From assembly GCA_002269645.1 (NCBI GenBank), contig NIVC01002586.1:1-33815 (forward strand): a stretch of 33,815 bases of DNA, written 5' to 3'. Positions 1 to 12,932 of this stretch are shown here, in pieces. Numbering within the stretch: position 1 is the first letter of the stretch; the number at the start of each line of letters is the position of its first letter. This DNA comes from Macrostomum lignano. Lineage: Eukaryota. The notes beneath the pieces are model-generated. The model worked only from the letters and a program-made list of their open reading frames with translations, made no database searches and was not told the origin of the DNA. The translations under genes and the position numbers were made by a program.

Positions 1-11
1 AGCAGTGCAAA

Positions 12-360
12 CAATCTGAGACTGCATAGCAAAAACACTATTGTCTATGGCCACCCTCGCTGCAGCCCAACTTTTTGGATCGCCTTGCAAGCAAAGTGAA
101 ATTTTTTAAAGCTAAGTGAGAACCTTATTGAAAACAAAGGCTGGGCTATGGCAAATCAACTGCGTCTAACAAGCAACCACCCCTTTTAATTTCGTAAAAC
201 CACCCCTTTTAATTTCGTAAAACCACCCCTTTGTTTTCAATATGGTTCTCACTTAGCTTTAAAAAATTTCTCACTTTGCTTGCAAGGCGATCCCAAAAAG
301 CTGGGCTGCAGCGAGGGTGGCCATAGACTAATAGTGTTTTTGCTATTCAGTCTCAGATTG
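12..360. mobile_element. Foldback/MITE-like inverted-repeat element (arms ~12-140 and ~228-360)
   Basis: The ~130-bp arms are reverse complements with few mismatches. The spacer holds a short tandem unit (AACCACCCCTTTTAATTTCGTAA-like). No ORF is present. Confidence 0.6.
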
Positions 361-1194
361 CTTGAAAAATGTCTCACTTAGCATGCAAAAACCAATATTA
401 TAGAACATATTTTCACAAGTGCTGTTTTGAAGCTCTGCTTACCAAGCCGACCGGGACGGAAAGTGGCGGACCATAGACTACACAGGGCTCGCCTTGGCCC
501 AAGATATTTGTAGACTGCAACTTGGGTGCGGGCGTGGTAAGCACTGCTTACCATCAGACTTTTGGAGGTCGCAGAGGTGTATTGCATTAAAAAATACGAA
601 AAGTCATTCTTGAGCGACCAGTGTGATGCTTGAAGATCCATAGACATTGTAACACGATATAAATGTGTAAAAAAAGCGTGAAATAAACGCTAAAAGCGTG
701 CTTAAATCGTTCTTGTGATCGCGTACTGAAGTCATTTAATGCACGAGAAATATATATCGTGTTACAATACTACTCAATACTTGGTTTTTCTTGCTTAAAT
801 GTCGATGACACTCGTGCACGAACGCGAACGCGCACTCGTGACCTAGACAATTAAGCACTCGAAACCAAGTATTGAATCCTATATTCAGCAAGCGACAGTA
901 AATTAAGTTGCACATCCTTGCAATAAACTCTGCTTTAATTAGCTCTCAATGCATCAGTAGCTGTAATAAACATAAAATTTTGTGAGCTAGACAGTTGAAT
1001 GTTAATCTTTCTTACGAGTAATAAAATTGGTTGCTTTAATATAGCTGCAATAGGATTTGATTTTTAAGGCAGAAGGCATTACTTTTTAGAACGACTCTCG
1101 TGGCAACAAATTATTTGATCCAGTTTTCATTAGTTAGATTTGCATTATAAAACTACTAAATCTATCTTTATTTCCATGAAATCTACCAATTAGA

Positions 1195-2696
1195 ATGAGT
1201 CATCAAAGCAGCGCAGATTAGCCAAGTTCTGGCGCAGCCTCCGCAAAATGCTCCATCTGCAACCAATCCGCAGTTGGTGTAGGTCCATTGTCAGGCTGTC
1301 ACCTCTGCGACCGGCATCTTGAATTAGATGTGTCTCAAAAAGTGAAACTAGTTGTTGCTGAGCAGAGGCGCGCCTACTTGCGAGAGAGGCAAAATCCAGG
1401 TGCAACCAGCAGTGCATCAAATGCAACGGAACCAGAATCTGAAGTTGCGCGTTTGCGCCGGGAAATCTGTCGGAATCTGTTGCGGGTGAATCACAGATTC
1501 GATTTGGTACAGCAAGGCGTCGAATCGTTACGTGGCAGGGTGACGGGCCAGCTTGAAGGTCTGCTCGGGCAGTGCAAAATGAACAGCAGCAGGCAGCTGA
1601 TACTCATAATTTGGTGGAGCTGTTTGAGTTAATGCAGTCTATGAATGTTCCGCATGCTAGTTTAGATACAAGCTTTGAGACTAATTCGCTTGGAGAGCAA
1701 ACTAACGAGTTGAAACTGCAGCTGCGGCTTCTAGGACAGCTCGAGCGGCTGGTTGGTATTTTTTCAGGGCGCAATGAATTTCACGTTGAATTGGAGGCGA
1801 GCAGATCCTACACGAGCGAGGTGAAGCTCAATGGTCTTATTGAGTGGCTGGCTGTGTGCAGCGACACCAGCGGATTCTTTGGTGACCCGTCAGGCCGTGT
1901 GGTTCGCGGAAATTCTGTTAATCAAGAAAATGTGCCTCTGTCTCAGCCATGCGTCTTTGCGCTAATAAATCATTTAGAGGATCATCTTCTAGTGGTCTCG
2001 CTAGACGGCTCACAGAAGCTGCGGTGCTACTGTGACCTACAAGACTGGAATGGCAACATCTGCGGCCTTCACTGCGACCGTCAGCTGCTGTTCATTGCTC
2101 AGAATGACACAGTGACAGTGACGGACTTGAGCGGTCGCGCATTGCGTCAAATTCGTCCAGACATCGAGAGCTTCGGCAAAATTAATGGAATCGGCGGCGA
2201 CGCAGCCTCCGTGTTTGTGTCCAGTGGAAACAAAATTGCTGCATTCAGCAAAGCGACTGGTCAGATGGAGACGGTCATCACGCTGTCTCAGCTTCCTCAT
2301 GCTGATCTGGGAAATCTGACGACTCACGACAACTGCATTTTGGTGACAGACTGGAATGCACATCAAGTGCACAGAGTGCGCATCGACACTGAACAGCTGG
2401 TCGCCTCACTGCCGAATCCAAGTGGCAATATTCGTCAGTTTGGTCACCTTAAAGATGTGGCCGTCGACCGGAGAGGCCGGCTATTCATTAGTGAATGGAA
2501 GGGTCACTCAGTGCGAGCTTTGACTGTTGACGACGGGTTGCTGCTGTGGTCTATGGGGACTCCTGGCGAGAGCGGCCGCGGCGAGGGCAGCCTTGAATAT
2601 CCTTGCGGTCTGTCAATGCTGACGGATAGTCATTGCGAGCGTCTTGTGATAGCTGACTATTATCACAGCCGATTGCTGATTGTTAATGTTCATTAA
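1195..2696 (+). pseudogene. NHL-1: intronless Zn-finger (reduced B-box-like)/coiled-coil/NHL-repeat gene, disrupted (in-frame TAG at 1219-1221; 1-nt deletion near 1567-1569)
   Basis: ATG at 1195 reads MSHQSSAD*PSSGAASAKCSICNQSAVGVGPLSGCHLCDRH, collinear with NHL-2 MSRRSSSDSSS...CIICDQAAVGVAPFSRCHMCSQH. ORFs 1288..1632 and 1572..2696 join through a frameshift (ctg ctc ggg ca gtg versus paralogue gtg ctt gag gca gtg). The C-terminal part has NHL-type motifs (DVAVDRRGRLFISE, LEYPCGL, LVIADYYHSRL). Confidence 0.75.
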
Positions 2697-3013
2697 CACC
2701 GTGGTTTTTAAAAAAAGTTTTAGTGCTCAGAACTGCAATTTATGGTCAGAAATATTGCTAATCTAGTACAGTATTAATATGTTACTCCTGGCAAACAGCT
2801 GTAAGTATATTTAAATATTTCGAAAACGAGTACCATATGTTGCCGTCTGTCTCTCGGTTGACCGCACTCTGCCATAACTAAAATCATCACCGGAAATCAA
2901 AGTGTCAGAAATCAAGGTCCGTAGCGAGAATTCTTGCTTTTGAAATTCTCTACTTGATTAGGTTTTAACCAGAGAGAAGAGCCTTAAACCGCTGGGTATT
3001 GCAAGCTGCCCAC

Positions 3014-3471
3014 TATTGCTTTTGTCAGCCTAACTGAGAGTGGAGCCGTCCAAAGTGAGAGTCCTGCCTGCGCTGACTGCGAAGGGCCTGGCTGCGTGCA
3101 GCCTTAGTCTATGGGCCATAGACAATAAAGGACAAGCAAAGTGATAAAAAGCCATCCAATGTGAGAATCGATTGGTCTATGCGTCATATTCTTTTATTTT
3201 TATACCTTCTGAGCTTCTGAGCCATATGAGTAGCCAATCCTAGCTTATACTTTATAGTCTATGGCTCATAGACTAGGCTGGACGCAGCCAGGCCCTTCGT
3301 ATTCAGCGTAGGCAGGATTCTCACATTGGATGGCTTTTTATCACTTTGCTTGTCCTTTATTGTCTATGGCCCGTAGACTGGGGCTGCACGCGGCCGGGCC
3401 CTTCGCGGTCGGCGTGGACAGGATTCTCACTTTGGATGGCTTTATTCTCAGTTAGGCTGACAAAACCAATA
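3014..3471. mobile_element. Foldback/MITE-like inverted-repeat element (arms 3014-3169 and 3316-3471, plus an extra partial sub-unit ~3255-3315)
   Basis: The 156-bp arms are reverse complements. It shares TTGTCTATGGCC, CAAGCAAAGTGA and GTGAGAA(T/C)C with the 12-360 element. Confidence 0.6.
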
Positions 3472-4169
3472 CTACATGTTAATTAAGGGCACTACTCTGT
3501 TACGGTATCAACGCGACTGGCTTTACGCAAAAGTACACTATTGAGATATGAATTGTTCATTTATCCAGGGACAAAATGCTGCCGACTTTTTGTTTGAATC
3601 GTAGATAATAAAGTATGATTTTGTTGCAGGGTTTTTTAAAGCACGAAACTCCCAATATCTCACCTGGACTTTTGAATTCCAATTGAAGCAAGTGTATATT
3701 TTTTTCGCGATGCGCTCACCAGTTGTAACCAAGCTACTCGTATTTTATTTCACAAAGTGCTACCGGAGACTTACAAACAAGCGAATTTGATTTCCTATCT
3801 TTTTAGTGTATTTTTTCTAGACCGAACATGTCTATGGCCAAACCCCATTCAGCGCTGTGCAAAAAAGCAGATATTTGCGAAATCCGTTTAAAAATTCAAA
3901 TCTGTAATTCGAGCTTTGTCACTCTGAAGCAATACTTTTTAAATAAATTAAAGGTTCATCGACGAATACTACACATGTTTATCCATGATTGCAAACAGCT
4001 TAAATGCATAATACATTTATGCATAATACATTATGCATAATACATTAAAAAAATACATTATTTTTTTAATAAAACTTATCTGTTGCTTGCCATTCGAGCT
4101 AGATAAATTTATAAAATACCTTGAAATGTATTTCATTTTTTTAAGTACAGGCTGGATTACTTGTGTGAA

Positions 4170-4650
4170 TGCAACTGAAACAGTTGTGTGAATTCTGATT
4201 AGACAGTTATTTGAATTCAGATTAGACAGTTATTTGAATTCAGATTAGACAGTTATTTGAATTCAGATTAGACAGTTGTGTGAATGTAGATTAAACGTTT
4301 CTGTGAATATGTAGATTAAACAGTTGTGTGAATTTAGATTAAACATTTCTGTGAATATGTAGATTAAACAGTTGTGTGAATTTAGATTAAACATTTCTGT
4401 GAATTTAGATTAAACAGTTGAGTGAATGTAGATTAAACAGTTGTGTGAATGTAGATTAAACATTTCTGTGAATATGTAGATTAAACATTTCTGTGAATAT
4501 GTAGATTAAACAGTTCTGTGAATATTTAGATTAAACATTTCTGTGAATTCAGAATAAACTGTTGTGTAAATTTGGATTAAAAAGTTGTGTGAATTCAGAA
4601 TAAACATTTGTGTGAATGCAGAATAGACAGTTGTGTGAATTCAGATAATC
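4170..4650. repeat. Degenerate ~22-24-nt minisatellite (AGATTA(G/A)ACAGTT(A/G)T(T/G)TGAATTC) just upstream of the SEH1 start
   Basis: Tandem copies read directly; boundaries approximate. Confidence 0.85.
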
Positions 4651-4708
4651 AAGACAGTTGCATATTATCATTCACACTTAATTCTTTGAAACTTTATGCA
4701 GCGTGAAG

Positions 4709-7700
4709 ATGTTCGTCGCAATGAAAAGCATCCCTGTGCAGCACCGTGATCTTATTCACGATGTCGCCTACGACAGCTATGGCAAACGTCTAGCCACGTG
4801 CAGCTCCGACCAGACTGTGAAGGTGTGGGACTTGGACTCAGACGGCGAATGGAAGCTTACTTGCTCTTGGCGAGCTCACAATGGTAGCATCTGGCGCCTG
4901 GCTTGGGCCCATCCTGAGTTCGGTCAGATCCTCGCTACCTGCTCATTTGATAGGTTGGTGATTTTCTGTTTTTGGTGGGCGCAGGAAGTCATTTTATTGC
5001 ACAAACACTACATATCGGAGAACGCTCTAACCAAGTTGGAAAACTACTCAAGCTCAAAGCTACTCAAGCTCAAATTTACTCAAGCTTGAAGCTACTCAAA
5101 CTCAGCTCGAAGCTACTCAAACTCAAAACTGCTCAAGCTTGAAGCTACTCAAACTCAAAACTACTCAAGCTTGAAGCTACTCAAACTCAGAACTGCTCAA
5201 GCTTGAAGCTACTCAAACTCAAAACTACTCAAGCTTGAAGCTACTCAAACTCAAAATTGCTCAAGCTTGAAGCTACTCAAACTCAACTGCTCAAGCTCGA
5301 AGCTACTCAAACTCAAAACTGCTCAAGCTTAAAGCTACTCAAATTTACTCAAGCTCAAAGCTACTCAAGCTCGAAGCTACTCAAAGTCAAAACTACTCAA
5401 GCTCGAAGCTACTCAAAGTCAAAACTACTCAAGCTCGAAGCTACTCAAACTCAAAACTACTCAAGCTTGAAGCTACTCAAACTCAAAATTGCTCAAGCTT
5501 GAAGCTACTCAAACTCAACTGCTCAAGCTCGAAGCTACTCAAACTCAAAACTGCTCAAGCTTAAAGCTACTCAAATTTACTCAAGCTCAAAGCTACTCAA
5601 GCTCGAAGCTACTCAAACTCAAAACTACTCAAGCTTGAAGCTACTCAAACTCAACACTACTCAAGCTCGAAGCTACTCTAACTCAAAACTGCTCAAGCTT
5701 CAAGCTACTCAAACTCAAACTACTCAACCTCGAACTCTCATGGAAGGTCAAGATTTTATTTTATTTCGTCAAACTGACAGAATCCTCTCTAAGCAAAGAT
5801 ACATTTCGAGTATGACTATATGTTAGTGAACAATTGCAGATCCGTCTGCATCTGGGAGGAGGTCACCACAACGGCGCCCTCAGCTGGAGTCGGCGTGGCC
5901 AGCATCGGCATCGGAGGCGGCGGCAGCGGCGGCAGGCCTTTGACAACGACAACGTTTGAAAAGCGCGCCCACCTGGTCGAGAGCGCCCTGTCCGTGACCG
6001 GGATCCAGTTCGCGCCTAGGCACGTGGGCCTTCAGCTGGGCACCTGCAGCAACGATGGCTATTTGAGAATCTATCAGTTCAGCGATATCATGCAGATTAG
6101 TCAGGTTTGTTAACTAGCCTCTGTTCTTGATTTGGGATTTGGGATTCTTTTTGGGGATTTGGGATTCTTGATTCTGGATTTGGGATTCTTGATCTAGCAT
6201 CTGGGATTCTTGATTTGGGATCTGGGATTCTTGATTTAGCATCTGGGATTCTTGATTTAGCATCTGGGATTCTTGATTTAGCATCTGGGATTCTTGATTT
6301 AGCATCTGGGATTCTTGATTTGGGATCTGGGATTCTTGATTTAGCATCTGGGATTCTTGATTTGGGATCTGGGATTCTTGATTTAGCATCTGGGATTCTT
6401 GATTTAGCATCTGGGATTCTTGATTTAGCATCTGGGATTCTTGATTTAGCATCTGGGATTCTTGATTTAGCATCTGGGATTCTTGATTTGGGATCTGGGA
6501 TTCTTGATTTAGCATCTGGGATTCTTGATTTAGCATCTGGGATTCTGATTCGGGATCTGAGATTCTTGATCTTGGATTTGGAATTCTTGATTTGGGATTC
6601 TTAATTCTGGATTCGGGATTCTTGATTTGGGATCTGTGATTTTTGATTTGGGATTTGGGATTCTTGATCTGGGATTCTTGATTTGGGATCTGGAATTCTT
6701 GTTTTGGGATTTGGGATTCTTGATTTGTGGTTTGGTATTCATGATTTGGGATCTAGGATTTTTCATCTAGGATTAGTGATTCATCATTAGGAATCTGTTA
6801 TCCTAATAATGGAATCATATGATATCATGATTTGGTATTTATTTACAATTCTAACCTTCAGGTGTCCCTCTACTGCGAGGCCATCCACACCAAGATGAAG
6901 AACTGCTCCTGCATCGCCTGGTCTCAGTCGCGCCTTCATCCGACTTTGATCGCAGCCGGCTGCTCAGACGCCGGAGCTACCGATGCCGCCTGCAAAGACA
7001 GCTTCCAGGTTTGTGGGCGCTTGGAAGTTCAGTGGTTTTTGCTGAAGTGCGAGGCATTATATCCCTTCTCTACCCGTGCCCTGAAGTGTCCTATCCCTTC
7101 TCTACCCATGCCCTGAAGTGTCCTATCCCTTCTCTACCCGTGCCCTGAAGTGCCCTATCCCTTCTCTACCCATGCCCTGAAGTGTCCTATCCCTTCTCTA
7201 CCCATGCCCTGAAGTGTCCTATCCCTTCTCTATCCTCGCCCTGAAGTGTCCTATCCCTTCTCTACCCGTGCCCTGAAGTGTCCTATCCCTTCTCTACCCA
7301 TGCCCTGAAGTGTCCTATCCCTTCTCTACCCGTGCCCTGAAGTGTCCTATCCCTTCTCTACCCGTGCCCTGAAGTGTCCTATCCCTTCATCTACCCGTGC
7401 CCTGAAGTGTCCTATCCCTTCTCTACACTCTCCCTAAAGTGTCCTATCCCTTCTTTACGCTCGCCCTGAAGTGTCCTATCCCTTCTCTACCCGTGCCCTA
7501 AAGTGTCCTATCCCTTCATCTACCCTCGCCCTGAAGTGTCCTATCCCTTCTCTACCCTCGCCGTGAAGTGTCCTATCCCTTCATCTACCGGCGTCCTAAA
7601 GTGTCCTGCCAGCCTGAATTACCATACCCCTGAAAAGTTTTGTGTTCTCTATAATCCCTATTATACAATAACAATATAGAAGCAAGTTTCAGGTCTGCCA

Positions 7701-8335
7701 GTGGTTCAATAAATATCATAATTGTATTCATATTAACCCTACCGCAGGTATACGAACTTCAAGAAGACAGTCGGAAATTCGCCAAAGTAGAATCTGTCGT
7801 TCTGCCTAAGCCAGACACCGGGGTGAATGATTTACAGTTTGCTCCGAGTCTGGGCCGATCATTTCACCTGTTAGCCGTGGCCTCTCAGCAGATCAGTCTG
7901 TACAAGCTCCGGTTATCAACAGGTGGACAGCAACAACAGCAACAGTCAGGCGGGATGCTGCTTCAAGCTTCCCAATCTTCTTCATCGCTAGACGTCGGCT
8001 CCAGCTCCGGTAGCACGGGCCGGTACGCTTTGAGCTGTATTCGAATTCTGGAGTATCAGCGCTGTCAGATGTCTGTCTGGCGGCTGAGCTGGAATGTACT
8101 TGGCACTGTGCTAGCTAGTTCGCTTGAAGATGGCACCGTCCGATTGTGGCAGGGCAATTATGCTGACCAGTGGAAGTGTCTGACTGTGATGACGCCTTCG
8201 GGTGATAGTCACACTGCTAGCTCTACCGATTTGAGTCAGCAACAACAGCAGCAGCAGATACCGGCTCAAACAACTGGAGTGCCTTTCGCTAAGATGGGCA
8301 GCATACAAGGCAGTCATCAGGTTGTTTGGAATTGA
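4709..8335 (+). CDS. SEH1L: Nucleoporin Seh1 (WD40; Y-complex/GATOR2 subunit), 414 aa; exons 4709-4953, 5840-6104, 6862-7008, 7748-8335
   Basis: The translation matches Seh1 as I recall it along its length: MFVA..I...[94 protein letters not shown]. All three introns are GT..AG and keep the frame (245+265+147+588 = 1245 nt). Confidence 0.96.
5040..5730. repeat. ~32-nt minisatellite (CTCAAGCTTGAAGCTACTCAAACTCAAAACTA), SEH1 intron 1
   Basis: Tandem copies read directly; explains ORFs 5257..5502 and 5635..5826. Confidence 0.92.
6125..6770. repeat. 21-nt minisatellite (GGGATTCTTGATTTAGCATCT), SEH1 intron 2
   Basis: Tandem copies read directly; produces the spurious ASGILDL/MLNQESQ ORFs. Confidence 0.93.
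7060..7605. repeat. 32-nt minisatellite (GCCCTGAAGTGTCCTATCCCTTCTCTACCCGT), SEH1 intron 3
   Basis: Tandem copies read directly. Confidence 0.93.
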
Positions 8336-8451
8336 TTGGACTCTTTAATTAACTTTTTATTGTCCCGATGTTCAACGCTTCTATTCAATGTTTCTGCGCA
8401 TCATGAAAGTCTTATGCTTCCTTACTTGTATGGAACATTCTTTTAACGATT

Positions 8452-9470
8452 TTAATCCATCCCTAATCCATCCCTTGGCTCCTAATCCACTCTCTTAGCT
8501 CCTAATCCACTCCCTTAGCTCCTAATCCATTCCAGTAGCTCCTAATCCATCCCTTGGCTCCTAATCCACTCCCTTAGCTTCTAATCCACTCCCTTAGCTT
8601 CTAATCCATTCCATTAGCTCCTAATCCATTCTCTTAGCTGCTAATCAATTTACTTAGCTCCTAATCCATTCTCTTAGCTTCTAATCCATTCACTTAGCTC
8701 CTAATCCACTCCCTTAGCTCCTAATCCATTCCATTAGCTCCTAATCCATCCCTTGGCTCCTAATCCACTCATTTGGCTCCTAATCCACTCTCTTAGCTCC
8801 TAATCCACTCCCTTAGCTCCCAATCCATCCCATTAGCTCCTAATCCATCCCTTGGCTCCTAATCCACTCCCTTAGCTTCTAATCCACTCCCTTAGCTTCT
8901 AATCCATTACATTAGCTCCTAATCCATCCCTTAGCTCCTAATCCATTCCCTTAGCTCCTAATCCATCGTTTAGCTCTTAATCCATTCCCTTAGCTTCTAA
9001 TCCATTTCTTTAGCTCCTAATCCATTCCTTATTCCTAATCCATCCCTTAGCTCCTAATCCATTCCCTTAGCTCCTAATCCATCCCTTAGCTTCTAATCCA
9101 TTTCTTTAGCTCCTAATCCATTCCCTTAGCTCCTAATCCATTTCTTTAGCTCCTAATCCATTCCCTTAGCTTCTAATCCATTACATTAGCTCCTAATCCA
9201 TCCCTTAGCTCCTAATCCATTCCCTTAGCTCCTAATCCATCGTTTAGCTCTTAATCCATTCCCTTAGCTTCTAATCCATTTCTTTAGCTCCTAATCCATT
9301 CCTTATTCCTAATCCATCCCTTAGCTCCTAATCCATTTCTTTAGCTCCTAATCCATTCCCTTAGTTCCTAATCCATTCCTTTAGCTCCTAATCCATTCCC
9401 CTAGCTTCTAATCCATCCGTTAGCTGCTAATATTTTCCTTTAGCTCCTAATCCATTTTCTAATCCATCCC
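8452..9470. repeat. 19-20-nt minisatellite (CTCCTAATCCATTCCCTTAG) downstream of SEH1
   Basis: About 1 kb of tandem copies read directly. Confidence 0.93.
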
Positions 9471-9879
9471 GAATGCATCCCCTAGCCCCAAGCCCAGTTG
9501 CAATGCTCATTGCTATTGGTAAACATGAAAGAAACCTTTTTAATTTACGCTTTACGTTTGCTCAAATTTCAGTATATGGGTCGTATGATTGGTAAAAACT
9601 ATGTAAATGTATTAGGTACGAGTATACAGGTGTGCTATAGGAATAAGCTCACATTTTCATATCTTAATAAATAATATTAGTCTAATTTAATTAATTTGGT
9701 CAGATCGTGTATTCACGAAAATAAATAGTTTTTTTAAATATGCGGGCATGGAATTTAACAACGTAATTTTGTACTACAGGTCAAGTTTTCATAACTTCTG
9801 CTTCTTTAACAAGCAGGGAAATAGTAGATGGATATATATAGCTGGTGGATAGATATATAGACTAGACTAAATAGATAAA

Positions 9880-10925
<1,046 letters not shown>

Positions 10926-11001
10926 ATTACAGGTGTACCCAATTTCAGTGTTTTAAGTGTAAATTACACTCACATCATCACCTTGATGCCCCAGCTCAGT
11001 A

Positions 11002-11692
11002 ATGCTCAATCGTGACTCAGCTCACAAGCCAGTTTCCGCGGCCGCTGCCGCTACCGGTAATTTAGAATTCGCCGCCGAATTGGCTAAGCAAAAGTCCGAG
11101 GTTCGAGCCTCGGTAGCCAGCGGTAGCGGTGTACAAACTTGCCGACCAATCAGAGAGCTCGGCGGTGTGCAATTCATTCCTGGCAGCAGGTGCGCCAACA
11201 AGAGGCCGCTAGATAAGATGTCGGAGGCTGAGCAGCCGGCCCGGCGCGACAAAGACTCTAACAATGATGATAACAGCTGCGATGACGAAGCGGCTAAACT
11301 TCGCGCATCCCGACTCAGCCTCATCGCCAAAGCTGCTCTGTACGAGAGTCTGGCCAGGCAGACAGCCGAAGGCGAAGCAGACGCTGAGGAAGATCGAGAC
11401 GGCGAGATTGACGACGAAGCGCCGCTGGTCGATTTTGTTCGACAGAGGCAGTTGGAGCGATGGCGAGATTTAGACAAGTTGAATGCTGAGTCCAATACTA
11501 CTCACTTCTCGCGAGTAGAGTATGACGAATCCAGGTAAGATGTGTTGTTTTTCGGTGAGCAAGTGTTACGATAATGATAGAAGGATAGGTTGATTGATCG
11601 ATGCATGAATTGATTGATTGATGGATTAATTGATTTATTGATGGATTAATTGATTTATTGATGGATTGATTGATTTATTGATTGATTGATTC

Positions 11693-11730
<38 letters not shown>

Positions 11731-12409
11731 GCATGGATTGATTGATTGATTGATTGATGGATTGATTGGTGGATAGATACATAGATAGATAGATGGATTG
11801 ATACCAGTAAAATGGCCTCTATGCATCAGGAAATAAGATAAGTACGCTCATATTATTCACTTTAATTTCGGGTCACACTGATACACTGATTCTCCTACTA
11901 TAAGTAGAAATACAAGCATTTTATTGTTGATTTCCCAAACCAGAGAGTACGGTGTCGGCCACTATCGATTCTCAGTTGACGCCGCGGAGCGAGCCGAGCA
12001 GCTGGCCGCGCTGAACAGGCGCACCGAGCAGACTGAACTGGCTAAGCGGCGCCGAGTCGAGGCGCTTGAGAAACGGCGCGACGCTGCCGCAGCCAGGCTC
12101 GAGCGCGTCAGACAACGGCGCGGCATCGCTGCGCCGGCGCCTTCGATGACGTCATCGTCAACTGACGCCGAGGAGGCGCCGCCAGCAATTCCCGAAGAAA
12201 TTGTTGTTGTTGAGCAACAAATCGAACAAGGAATCAAAGAGATTCGACGACAGGTGGAAGCTGAAACTAAAGCCGAATCGGCGTTGTCACCATGGCAACA
12301 ACGACAACGACAGGTTCAGCCTCGTCAGCGCCTCCCTGTGGCTAGTTTCAGACCACCAGCGGCAGCAGCAATGGAAGATAGAAACCCTGAGTTTGCTCCT
12401 CCCTACTAA
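11002..12409 (+). CDS. CCDC174: CCDC174-like coiled-coil protein, 332 aa; exons 11002-11534, 11944-12409
   Basis: Motifs KAALYE, LVDF, HF..VEYDESREYGVGHYRF and a K/R-rich helix match recalled CCDC174 motifs (KAKLYE, LVDF, HY..IRENEAR.LGVGYFAF). The phase-2 intron 11535-11943 (GTAAGA..CAG) keeps the frame. Confidence 0.8.
11590..11803. repeat. (GATT)n/(GATA)n degenerate microsatellite in the CCDC174 intron
   Basis: Read directly. Confidence 0.9.
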
Positions 12410-12932
12410 GTTCATGAATCATTTTTTTATGAAAAATAAATTCGAACTAAATAAAGTACAATTTTTCACATTGTTACCTGACATGCTTTGCTTGAAAACG
12501 ACTTATACTTTACTTTATTTAATTTTGCAGATGTTTACATTGTATACCAGCATGATACAAACTCTTTAGAGAGGTCACTGTTGTTTAAAAGAATGCATAA
12601 GGTGTTTGTTAGCCTAACGTTGAGGTCTTCACTCCCGTGTCGAAAGCCAACCCTGGCCGCTGTACACTGTGTGAGCATGTGTACTATTGGCGCGCTTGTA
12701 TACGTTCAGGAGTCAGCTGAATAGGCAGAATTGCCGTCACCGCTGGATGTGGGAGAACGTCGCCGAATGCGTTGCGCCTGCGTGCCCGCAGCCCTCATAC
12801 AGGAGAGCACTTAAAAAGCTTTAATGTTCTTTCCAAAAAAACTTGTCTAGTTTCTACCAACAGACGACGTGTAGTAATGTAATATTTCTTTTTTTCTTGT
12901 ACACAGCTGTCTTTTCTCCCTATTTTTCAGAA

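Noticed and set aside
6114-6766. ORFs with 7-aa periodicity on both strands
   Set aside because: They are products of the 21-nt minisatellite inside SEH1 intron 2.
7060-7605. 30-32-nt repeats (also 32765-33518) superficially like CRISPR repeats
   Set aside because: The units are head-to-tail with no unique spacers, lie inside spliceosomal introns, and no cas genes are present.
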